Shown here: one piece after another, positions 27,865 through 36,021 of the stretch
Layout of the letters: every line of letters starts with the position of its first letter
Position numbering within the stretch: the first letter of the stretch is position 1
Program-made: the position numbers and the translations under genes
DNA from: Lysobacterales bacterium
Lineage (GTDB): Bacteria; Pseudomonadota; Gammaproteobacteria; Xanthomonadales; SZUA-38
Length of the DNA stretch: 41,001 bases
Reading direction: 5' to 3'
Assembly (NCBI GenBank): GCA_033722075.1
Contig: JAWVZU010000004.1
Location: 1-41,001, forward strand
The notes under the pieces: generated by a model
The model's database searches: none
Seen by the model: only the letters and a program-made list of their open reading frames with translations
Told to the model about the DNA's origin: nothing

Positions 27865-29739
27865 TCACTCCCCGATCTCGATTTCCTTGTTGGCCCTGAG
27901 TGCGGTCAGCGCGGCGACCCGCTCTTCGACCGGCACCAGGTTGGCGTCCAGCGGCAGACCATCGGGCACATCCAGGCCGGTCTTGTCCGTAGCGGCCCAA
28001 CGCTGCTCGAGGATGCCGATGAGTTCTGCGCGCTCCTCGCGCGGTGCGATGAAATCCCAGTCCTCGAGACCCGCGGTCAGGCCCGGCGCAATCTTCCTGA
28101 GGCTGTGCTGAGCGAACCAGCGCAGCATGGGGTAGCGGTCCTCCAGCGTCAGCAACAGGAACGGCACCAGGAACTGCCGTGAGGCATCCGGATGATCGGT
28201 CTCTCCCGCCAGCCTGGCGGCAATGGCCCGTTGCACCGGATCACCGGTCAGGAGATCCAGTACCAGGCGCGGCATCGTCGGAAGTCCGTCCACCGCAGGG
28301 ACATCGGGCCACAGTTCAGCCATGGCCTGCTGGGCCCAGGCCACGCTCCGATCGACATGACAGTTGGTGCACGCATCGGGTCGGGCGCCGGCCCGATTGG
28401 CAGCAGGGGCGGGAATCTCGATGTGGTGGCTACGGTGAATGGTCATCACCCCGTAGGCGAGCCGCGGCATATGGCAGTCGTAGCAGAGCGAACCCGGCCC
28501 TTCCGGTTCGTGGCGGGTGTGGGCCTGAACGTTTTCCCCGATGGACTCGTGACAGGCCAGGCAGGGCTCGTTGGTGCTCCGATTCACTTCCGTAATCATC
28601 CCGGCCGGACTGCCTTCGTGACCACTGTGACAGGTGATGCAGGTCGCCTGCCCTTCGGAAAAACACGCCGACATGGTCAACCCCTGGTATTCGTAGGCGG
28701 ACAGGCGCGGCGTCCCGTCCATCCAGAAACGCAGCCGAAACTGATCGGGCTTGGTAGGATCTGCCGGCGGGGTATCCTGGCGGATCGGCTCGACATGGTC
28801 CTCGAGCAGATCGCCGGCTCGAAAGGTTGGCCCGGTTTCCAGCCACTGGCGGATCATGGCGCGTTCGGCGGGCACCCGCTGGGCGTGACACTGCCCGCAG
28901 ATCGCTGCCGAACGACGGTGATCCAGGCGGGTTGGATTGACGATCGTCGGATCGGCCTGCCCTGTCAGGTGAAGTGCATAGCGGCGAATCGGGTTGCGGT
29001 TGGCCTCCGCGTGGGTCTCGCCGGGCGAATGACACGCCTCGCAGGCGATACCCAGTTCGGCAACGCGGGACCGGTAGCGCGGCTCATAGCGGAAATCGAC
29101 CGGTTCACCACGCCGTCCCTTGGCCATCAGTTCCGGCATGTTCTGTATGCCCGGCCGCGGCCCGGTGTTGTGGCAGAAAATGCAGTTCTGGTTCCACATG
29201 GTCAGATGGCTGTCGAAGTGCTGATCGTCGCTGCCCAGGAACACGGCATTGACGTGGATCCACCGATCCGCCTCCATGTGCCACAGGAGCGGCAGGCGCC
29301 AGAAGTTGCCGGGTCCGGCATCCGGGTGACGTGTCAGGTACTGCTGGTAGCGGTGGGAACCAACCGTGCGTTCGACCGGGAGGCGCTTGAACGCCTGCCC
29401 GCTCGTTCGATCCAGGTATTCCAGGTAGAACTCGTCGCCGTCCCTGACGGGACGAACCTGCTGCCCCCAGTAGTCGAGCACCCGCCCATCGAAGGGGGCG
29501 ACCACCGCCTGGCCGGTGGCCTCCTGGGTCATGGTCCGGTGATAGGTGCGATGCCAGGTCCGGTGGTGATCCCGATGACAGGTACGGCAGGTCCTGGAAC
29601 CGGCCCAACCGCCGCGGTCCGGGGGCGGTGCCGCAATTAGCGCATCAATCCAGGGAATGCCTGCCGCCACGCCGGGTTCGGCAGTCATCCCGAAGATGAG
29701 CAACAATGTCGCTATGGTTTTCACAGCTGCTTTGGTCAC
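27865..29739 (-). CDS. Exported octaheme c-type cytochrome (c554/c552-like) with C-terminal HEAT-like helices
   Basis: Eight CxxCH motifs: CRTCH, CIFCH, CEACH, CGQCH, CITCH, CLACH, CYDCH, CTNCH; N-terminal hydrophobic signal. GTG start. Confidence 0.9.
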   Translation of the reverse strand: MTKAAVKTIATLLLIFGMTAEPGVAAGIPWIDALIAAPPPDRGGWAGSRTCRTCHRDHHRTWHRTYHRTMTQEATGQAVVAPFDGRVLDYWGQQVRPVRDGDEFYLEYLDRTSGQAFKRLPVERTVGSHRYQQYLTRHPDAGPGNFWRLPLLWHMEADRWIHVNAVFLGSDDQHFDSHLTMWNQNCIFCHNTGPRPGIQNMPELMAKGRRGEPVDFRYEPRYRSRVAELGIACEACHSPGETHAEANRNPIRRYALHLTGQADPTIVNPTRLDHRRSAAICGQCHAQRVPAERAMIRQWLETGPTFRAGDLLEDHVEPIRQDTPPADPTKPDQFRLRFWMDGTPRLSAYEYQGLTMSACFSEGQATCITCHSGHEGSPAGMITEVNRSTNEPCLACHESIGENVQAHTRHEPEGPGSLCYDCHMPRLAYGVMTIHRSHHIEIPAPAANRAGARPDACTNCHVDRSVAWAQQAMAELWPDVPAVDGLPTMPRLVLDLLTGDPVQRAIAARLAGETDHPDASRQFLVPFLLLTLEDRYPMLRWFAQHSLRKIAPGLTAGLEDWDFIAPREERAELIGILEQRWAATDKTGLDVPDGLPLDANLVPVEERVAALTALRANKEIEIGE

Positions 29740-29812
29740 GGCGGCCCGTGTTGCTTATGCTACCTTCTTTCGTACCATCAATTGACGATCGGAACACTAG
29801 GGGATCCACCTC

Positions 29813-30661
29813 ATGACCAGATTCACCGCCGTACTGGCACTGATCGCCGGTGCCTTCGGAACCGCCACTGCCAACGAACGACTGCAGACCATCCTTGATC
29901 AGCAACCGCCCGAGGTCCAGGCGCGCTATGCCTTCCGAAACCCCGTGAAGACCCTTGAGTTCTTCGGCATCGAGCCGGGCATGACGGTGCTGGAGGCACT
30001 ACCCGGCGGCGGCTGGTACACACGCATCCTCGTTCCCTATCTTGGCGCTGACGGCAAGCTGATCGAAGCGGACTATTCCATGGACATGTGGCCGCGCTTC
30101 AGCTTCGTGGGCGAGGAATTCCTCGCCGAGCGGGCCAACTGGGTCCGCGATTGGACCGAGCAGGCCCGCGCCTGGCAGGGCGAAGACGGCGCCGAGATCG
30201 AAGCCTTCGTGTTCGGCTCGATGCCCGAACATCTCGCGGGCACGGCCGACGCGGTCCTGTTCATCCGGGCTCTGCACAACCTCGCCCGCTTCGAGGAAGT
30301 GGGCAGCTACCTCAGCACTGCGCTGGCCGAAGCCTACGAGATCCTCAAGCCAGGCGGCATCGTCGGGGTCGTGCAGCACGAAGCGCGCGTGGACATGCCG
30401 GACGACTGGGCGGACGGCTCCCGGGGTTATCTGAAGAAATCGTTCCTCATCGAGCGCTTCGAAGCCGCTGGCTTCGAGTTCGTGGCTGAGGCGGATTTCA
30501 ACGCCAATCCCAAGGACCGGCCGACGGTGGACGACATCGTCTGGCGGCTTCCCCCGAGCCTCGCGACGAGCGGTGAGAACCCCGAGTTGCGGGCCGAGAT
30601 GGAAGCCATCGGCGAATCCAACCGGATGACGCTGAAGTTCCGCAAGCCCGCGTCCGAGTGA
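29813..30661 (+). CDS. Class I SAM-dependent methyltransferase-like protein (COG4798 type) with signal peptide
   Basis: RNP..TLEFFGI.PGMTVLE..PGGGWYTRIL; R.LHN; LKPGGI.GVVQH; NANPKD; VW.LPP; IGESNRMTLKFRKP. Confidence 0.88.
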   Translation: MTRFTAVLALIAGAFGTATANERLQTILDQQPPEVQARYAFRNPVKTLEFFGIEPGMTVLEALPGGGWYTRILVPYLGADGKLIEADYSMDMWPRFSFVGEEFLAERANWVRDWTEQARAWQGEDGAEIEAFVFGSMPEHLAGTADAVLFIRALHNLARFEEVGSYLSTALAEAYEILKPGGIVGVVQHEARVDMPDDWADGSRGYLKKSFLIERFEAAGFEFVAEADFNANPKDRPTVDDIVWRLPPSLATSGENPELRAEMEAIGESNRMTLKFRKPASE

Positions 30662-30672
30662 GGAACAAGCCC

Positions 30673-31293
30673 ATGCAATTCGACATTCCCGTCATCTACG
30701 GAAGCGTTCGCAGCGATCGCCAGGGCATCAAGGCCGCACTTTTCATGGTCAACACGCTGGCCGAGCGGGGTCACCGGGCGACGCTGCTCGATGCCAACGA
30801 ACACGAGCACCCCCTGCTGGACCGCATGTACAAGGAGTTCGAGCCCGGCACTGCCCCGGAACCCATGGACACGGTGGCACGGATCCTCCAAGGGGCGGAC
30901 GGCTACGTCATCGTCTGCGCCGAGTACAATCACAGCGTCCCCCCGGCCCTGAAGAACCTGCTGGATCACTACCAGAAGGAGTATCTCTACAAGCCCAGTG
31001 CCATCGTGACCTACTCCGCCGGCCCGTTCGGAGGTGTGCGGGGACTGGTCAATATGCGCGGGATCCTCGCCGAGCTCGGGACGCCGAGCATTCCCAGCGC
31101 GTTTCCCATCTCGGCGGTCCAGGACGCCTTCGACGAAGATGGCCGCCCGAGCGACCCGGCCTACGCCCGGCGCGTGGTCAAGTTTCTCGACGAATTCGAA
31201 TGGTACGCAGAAGCCCTGAAGCGCCAACGCGAGAAGGAGACCTGCGAGACTCGCATCCCGACGCAGCAGAACCTCTGCCGCGGGGACGGTTGA
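30673..31293 (+). CDS. NADPH-dependent FMN reductase
   Basis: Motifs YGSVRSDRQG, ADGYVIV.AEYNHSVPPALKNLLD, YSAGPFGGVR. ATG 30673 after GAGGA (GTG 30658 is an alternative). Confidence 0.92.
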   Translation: MQFDIPVIYGSVRSDRQGIKAALFMVNTLAERGHRATLLDANEHEHPLLDRMYKEFEPGTAPEPMDTVARILQGADGYVIVCAEYNHSVPPALKNLLDHYQKEYLYKPSAIVTYSAGPFGGVRGLVNMRGILAELGTPSIPSAFPISAVQDAFDEDGRPSDPAYARRVVKFLDEFEWYAEALKRQREKETCETRIPTQQNLCRGDG

Positions 31294-31385
31294 ACCCGTC
31301 GAGGCAAGTGGTTTTGCAAAATCGCAAACGAAGAGTGTAACCATTGGGGATTCCTTGCGTTCCAGCAACAAAGTAGGCTGGAACC

Positions 31386-32171
31386 ATGAAAACGCTATTC
31401 ATATCCCACGGTTCGCCCGACGAGATCCTGCACGACACATCGCACCGCCGGCAGTGGCGGGAACTGTCACGCCGCTTCGAAGCCTTCGATGCCCTGGTGG
31501 TCATGTCGGCCCACAACGAGACCACCGGGACAGTGGTCGGCGCCAACCCGGCGCCCCACACGATCCCGGATTTCGGCCCAAGCTTTCCCGATACGCTCTT
31601 TCGCAAGCAGTACCCGGCGTCCGGCGACCCCGCGCTGGCAGCCCGGGTCGCGAACCGGCTCAGGGACGCGGGCCTGGCGCCGCAGGAGGATCGTCGAGCC
31701 GGCCTGGACCACGGCGTCTGGGCGCCCCTGAGCCAGATCCTTCCCGAGGCCGACCTGCCGATCGTGACGGTCAGCGCGGATCCGCGGCGCGACGCTGGCC
31801 ATCACCTGGCCGTCGGACGGGCGCTGGCCGGAATGGACGAGCGGATCCTGCTGATCGGCAGCGGAGCGTCAACCCACAACCTCCAGGCCGTACGCTGGGG
31901 CGAGCGTGACGCCGCGCCTAACCCGCGGGCCGAGATCTTCGCCCGCTGGCTGGAGGAACGGCTGGCGGCCGGCGACGAAGAAGCCCTGCTGGACTTCGGT
32001 TCGGCGCCCCAGGGCGCGTTCAATCACCCAACGCCGGAGCACATCATGCCCCTCTTCTTCGCGATGGGCGCAGCCGGGCCCGGCTGGCGGGCTCACCTGC
32101 TCCACCGGGGCTTCAGCCTCGGTGCGCTGGCGATGCACGTGATCGCCTTCGACGATCCGGCCTCACGGTAG
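31386..32171 (+). CDS. DODA/YgiD-type class III extradiol dioxygenase (LigB family)
   Basis: Motifs LFISHGSP, SAH, GLDHGVWAPL, IGSGASTHNL, HPTPEH.MPL. Confidence 0.9.
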   Translation: MKTLFISHGSPDEILHDTSHRRQWRELSRRFEAFDALVVMSAHNETTGTVVGANPAPHTIPDFGPSFPDTLFRKQYPASGDPALAARVANRLRDAGLAPQEDRRAGLDHGVWAPLSQILPEADLPIVTVSADPRRDAGHHLAVGRALAGMDERILLIGSGASTHNLQAVRWGERDAAPNPRAEIFARWLEERLAAGDEEALLDFGSAPQGAFNHPTPEHIMPLFFAMGAAGPGWRAHLLHRGFSLGALAMHVIAFDDPASR

Positions 32172-33893
32172 CTCGGCAAGCGCCTCCTGCCGCGCCGCTT
32201 CGAACTCGTCACCCGGCGCCCAGGCCGGCAGTTCCGGGTCGTTGGCGACCAGGTAGCCGGCCCAGAAGGCGAATACGGCGTCGGCTACGAGGCCGTCGAA
32301 ACTCCAGGCCTCGGTCAGCTCATCGCTGGTCTGGTGATAGTGGGCTTCGGTGTGTTCGGCCACGCGCTCCTGCCCCCAGCCTTCCGGCTTGCCTATGAAG
32401 TCGATGCCGTTTTTCAGATACAGCGCGGGCACGCCGATCTTCGCCAGCGCAAACTGGTCGGACCGGTAGTAGTAACCCTTGTCCGGCGACTGGTCCGGGC
32501 GCACCGTCCGGTCAAGGTGCCTGGCAACCTCGTCGGCAACCTCGTCTAACGTGCTCTTGCCCTTGCCGACGAAGGTGATGTCCCGGGTTGCGCCCCAGAT
32601 ATTGCCCGAGTCGAGATTGACCGCGGCTGCGATCTTACCCGCCGGCACGGTTGGATGCCGCGCGAAGTACTTTGCGCCCAGGAGCCCCTGCTCCTCGGCA
32701 CCGACGAAGGCGATCAGGACGGACCGGGATGGCGGTTGCTCAAGTTCGCTGAAGGCCCGGGCAATCTCCAGCACCATGGCCACGCCCGTCGCGTTGTCGC
32801 GGGCACCGTTGTAGATCCGGTCCTCCAGTCCTGAGTCAGCGGGTGCGGTACCGAGGTGATCGTGGTGGGCCGTATAGACGACCACTTCGTCGGCGAGGTC
32901 CTCATCGCTGCCCCGCAGCAGCCCCAGCACGTTGGCCGACTGGACCCGGGTCAACTCGTTGGAAAACGCGATGGAGGTGGACAAGCCCAGGGGGACCGGC
33001 TGGAAATCCCGTGTCCGGGCAGCCGCCACGAGTTCATCCAGATCCTGGCCGCCCTGCTCGAACAGCTGGCGGGCCGCTTCTTCGGTCACCCAGGCCTCGA
33101 TCTGCATACGCGGCTCGTCGGCGGCAGGCAGCTCGAACTGCGGCCCGGTCCAGGACGTCTGGACTACCTGCCAGGGATAACCCGCCGACTCGGGCGTATG
33201 GATGATGATCGCGCCCGCCGCGCCCTGGCGCGCTGCGCTCTCGTACTTGTAATCCCAACGACCGTAGTAGAGGCGGCGTTCGCCCTCGAACAACTCCTCG
33301 TCCCAGTGCGGGTCATTGTTGAGCATGACCAGCACCTTGCCCGCCAGGTCCTGGCCCTTGAAATCGTCCCAGTCGTATTCCGGAGCCTGGATGCCGTAAC
33401 CGACGAAGACCAGTTCAGCATCCTCGACCACCGAACGATCCGCCTGCATGCCGCTGCCGACGATGAATTCCGAATTCTGGGCAAGGGTCAGGGACGCCTC
33501 GCCGCCTTCGAAGGTCCATTGGTCCGGCTGATCCGAGTCGATACCGACCAGGTCGAAGGTCTGTAGATAGGTTCCATCAGGCGCACCGGGTTCGTAGCCC
33601 GCGGCCTGGAGCGCCTGCGCCAGGTAGGCCTGGGTCATGCGATCACCCTGGGTGCCTGGCCCGCGTCCACCGTAGCTGTCCGCCGAGATCGCCGCCACCA
33701 CGGTGCGGATCTCTTCGGCGGTGATGGTCTCCGCCGCGGCCTGCGCGGCCGGATCGAAGGGCGTACCTCCGGCCGGCTCGGCTACAGGCGCCGCCGCGTT
33801 TTCGGACGCAGGCGAAGTGGGTTGCTCATCTCCGCCACAGCCTGCCAACAGCAGGCCAACGGGCAATGCCCAGATCCAGTGTCTCATCAGCAT
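32163..33893 (-). CDS. M28 family aminopeptidase lipoprotein with PA domain
   Basis: Lipobox LLAGC; motifs GRGPGT, FVGYGI.APEY.WDD, YYGRWDYK, AHHDHLG, YNGARDNATG, AEEQGLLG, RSDQF, YHQ. Start MLMRH (33893). Confidence 0.92.
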   Translation of the reverse strand: MLMRHWIWALPVGLLLAGCGGDEQPTSPASENAAAPVAEPAGGTPFDPAAQAAAETITAEEIRTVVAAISADSYGGRGPGTQGDRMTQAYLAQALQAAGYEPGAPDGTYLQTFDLVGIDSDQPDQWTFEGGEASLTLAQNSEFIVGSGMQADRSVVEDAELVFVGYGIQAPEYDWDDFKGQDLAGKVLVMLNNDPHWDEELFEGERRLYYGRWDYKYESAARQGAAGAIIIHTPESAGYPWQVVQTSWTGPQFELPAADEPRMQIEAWVTEEAARQLFEQGGQDLDELVAAARTRDFQPVPLGLSTSIAFSNELTRVQSANVLGLLRGSDEDLADEVVVYTAHHDHLGTAPADSGLEDRIYNGARDNATGVAMVLEIARAFSELEQPPSRSVLIAFVGAEEQGLLGAKYFARHPTVPAGKIAAAVNLDSGNIWGATRDITFVGKGKSTLDEVADEVARHLDRTVRPDQSPDKGYYYRSDQFALAKIGVPALYLKNGIDFIGKPEGWGQERVAEHTEAHYHQTSDELTEAWSFDGLVADAVFAFWAGYLVANDPELPAWAPGDEFEAARQEALAELP

Positions 33894-33930
33894 GTTTTTT
33901 CCTTGGTTGAAGTCTTGTTCGAGGTGATGG

Positions 33931-35091
33931 TCAAACTTCCAGAGCCTGGTGGAGGTCCGCGATGAGATCTTCGGGATCCTCAATTCCGACCGAAAGCCGG
34001 ACCAGGTCGTCACCGATGCCCAGCCGGGCCCGCTTCTCCGGCGGGACGGACGCGTGAGTCATGATCGCCGGGTGATTGATCAGGCTCTCGACGCCGCCCA
34101 GGGATTCAGCCAGCGCGAACAGTTCGCAGCGTTCCATCATGCGGCGGGCCCCATCAAGGCCGCCTTCGACCACGATCGAGACTATGCCCCCGAAGCCGTC
34201 CATCTGGCGTGAGGCCAGTGCGTGCTGCGGATGGGATTCGAGCCCCGGGTAGATCACCTGGCGGACCTTCGGATGCTCGCTCAGGGCACGGGCAATCTGC
34301 AGCGAGCCCTCGCAATGCGCCCGCATGCGCACCCCAAGCGTCTTCAGGCCACGCATGGCCAGAAAGCTGTCGAACGGACCGGCAATGGCACCCACCGAGT
34401 TCTGCAGGAATCCCATGCGCTCCGCCAGCTCCTCGGAGGCCACGACGGCAAGACCACCGACCATGTCCGAGTGGCCGTTGAGGTACTTGGTCGCCGAATG
34501 GACAACGATATCGGCGCCGAATTCGAGCGGCCGCTGGAGCATCGGCGTCGCGAACGTGTTGTCGACCACGAGCAGGATGTCGCGGCCTGCACAGATCCTG
34601 CCGATCGCCTCGAGATCGATCACTTTCAGCATCGGGTTGCTGGGCGTCTCGATCCAGACCATGCGCGTGTTCGGGCGCAGATAACCTTCAAGGTCAGCAG
34701 CGGTGGTGAGATCGGCAAAATCGAACTGAAGCCCCGCCGAACGCTTGCGCACCCGGTCGAACATCCGGAACGTGCCCCCGTAAAGATCGTCGAGCGCGAC
34801 CACGTGATCGCCGGAGTCCAGCAGTTCCAGCACCGTACTGGAAGCGGCCATGCCCGACGCAAATGCAAAACCCGCCACGCCGCCTTCCAGGTCCGCCACA
34901 CAGCGCTCGTAGGCCATCCGGGTCGGGTTCTGCGTCCGAGAGTATTCATACCCTTTGTGGTCCCCCGGGCTGGCCTGGACATAGGTCGAGGTCGCATAGA
35001 TCGGCGTCATGATCGCGCCGGTGGACGGATCGGGACTCTGCCCTGCATGAATGGCGCGGGTGGACAGGGCCAGCTTGCGTTCGGTACTCAT
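33931..35091 (-). CDS. metB: Cystathionine gamma-synthase/gamma-lyase (Cys/Met metabolism PLP enzyme); reaction direction not determinable from sequence
   Basis: Motifs YEYSRTQNPTR, FASGMAA, DLYGGT, ETPSNP, DNTFA, PLP lysine HSATKYLNGHSD, LAESLGGVESL, RLSVGIE. Confidence 0.9.
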   Translation of the reverse strand: MSTERKLALSTRAIHAGQSPDPSTGAIMTPIYATSTYVQASPGDHKGYEYSRTQNPTRMAYERCVADLEGGVAGFAFASGMAASSTVLELLDSGDHVVALDDLYGGTFRMFDRVRKRSAGLQFDFADLTTAADLEGYLRPNTRMVWIETPSNPMLKVIDLEAIGRICAGRDILLVVDNTFATPMLQRPLEFGADIVVHSATKYLNGHSDMVGGLAVVASEELAERMGFLQNSVGAIAGPFDSFLAMRGLKTLGVRMRAHCEGSLQIARALSEHPKVRQVIYPGLESHPQHALASRQMDGFGGIVSIVVEGGLDGARRMMERCELFALAESLGGVESLINHPAIMTHASVPPEKRARLGIGDDLVRLSVGIEDPEDLIADLHQALEV

Positions 35092-35353
35092 GGTTGTGCT
35101 CCGGGCATTCTGCTCAATGGTCAATGGCGACGGGCAGGCTGGTTTGCAACCCGGATTGGAGCTCGACAGCAGAGTTTCCAGCGGAGCTGCAGGGTCGGAT
35201 AAATACGGTGCGCTTTACGCTGCTATTCGCTGGCGTAGCATAAATCACTGGCTTGGGCGCGGACTTGAGTGCGAAATCTGAACGTGTAGCTGTGCTTGTG
35301 CGGCTGGGCATTTTGGTGGCCACCCCGTCAGCACGAAGCAGGGAGATCAGGCA

Positions 35354-35914
35354 ATGGATCCAATCAAGAAAAATGCACGAATCGCGGGATTGCTGTACGT
35401 GCTGGTCATTCTTACTGGCCCGTTCGTCCTGATCTATGTACCCGGCAAGTTGTTCGTGTCTGGCGACGCTTCCGCGACGGCGAGTAATATCCTGGCTCAT
35501 GAGTCGCTGTTCCGCGCCCACATCGCCGTCGGGTTCATTTCTGAGCTACTGTTCATAGCAATCGTGTTGGCTCTCTACCGCCTGCTCAAGGCAGTAGGCC
35601 GCGAGCTCGCCATCCTCATGGTGATACTGGTTCTGATCGATGCACCGCTGGCTTTCTTGAGCGTAGCGAACGAGATTGCCGCTCTCGCGATCGTGAGTGG
35701 GGTCGATTTCCTGGCCGCATTCGACAAACCGCAACGCGAGGCCTTGGCAACCCTGCTGATCAGCATCAATGGGCAGAGCGTTATCATCTCCGAGATGTTT
35801 TGGGGGCTTTGGCTCCTTCCGCTTGGCGTGCTCGTGTATCGATCGGGCTTTCTTCCTCTGATCGTAGGTGCGCGCGGGCAACCGTCGATATCCGCCGCAC
35901 CGAAATCGATCTAG
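35354..35914 (+). pseudogene. DUF4386-family membrane protein, probably C-terminally truncated
   Basis: Motifs ARIAGLLY, GDA.ATA.NIL.HE.LFR, FWGLWLLPLG.LVYRSGFLP. The family normally continues with further TM helices; here an unrelated 17-aa tail and a stop follow. Confidence 0.6.
35864..35901 (+). repeat. GTAG-type REP-like hairpin
   Basis: GTAG followed by arms GGTGCG(C)GCGGG / TCCGCCGCACC. Confidence 0.4.
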
Positions 35915-35956
35915 ACAAGATCTCAAGATAGGCTTTCTAGTGTCGGCTCTCCTGCC

Positions 35957-35984
35957 CGTCCGAACTTCGGACGAGTGCTATCAT
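35957..35984 (+). promoter_or_regulatory. Perfect palindrome next to a putative extended -10 element
   Basis: CGTCCGAA-C-TTCGGACG (35957-35973), then TGCTATCAT (35976-35984). Confidence 0.4.
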
Positions 35985-36021
35985 GATCCAGAGGGGCTAC
36001 GAAGACATCGGAAGAATTACC

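Noticed and set aside
27865-29739. Calling the multiheme protein NrfA, HAO or MtrA
   Set aside because: No CxxCK motif, heme count and spacing do not fit MtrA, and the usual partner genes are absent.
35092-35353. SAM/SAH riboswitch upstream of metB, or an integron attC before the DUF4386 gene
   Set aside because: Only a weak hairpin (TGCTA...TAGCA, about 35221-35240); I could not match SAM-I/II or SAH consensus or attC core sites. An Rfam/IntegronFinder scan would settle it.
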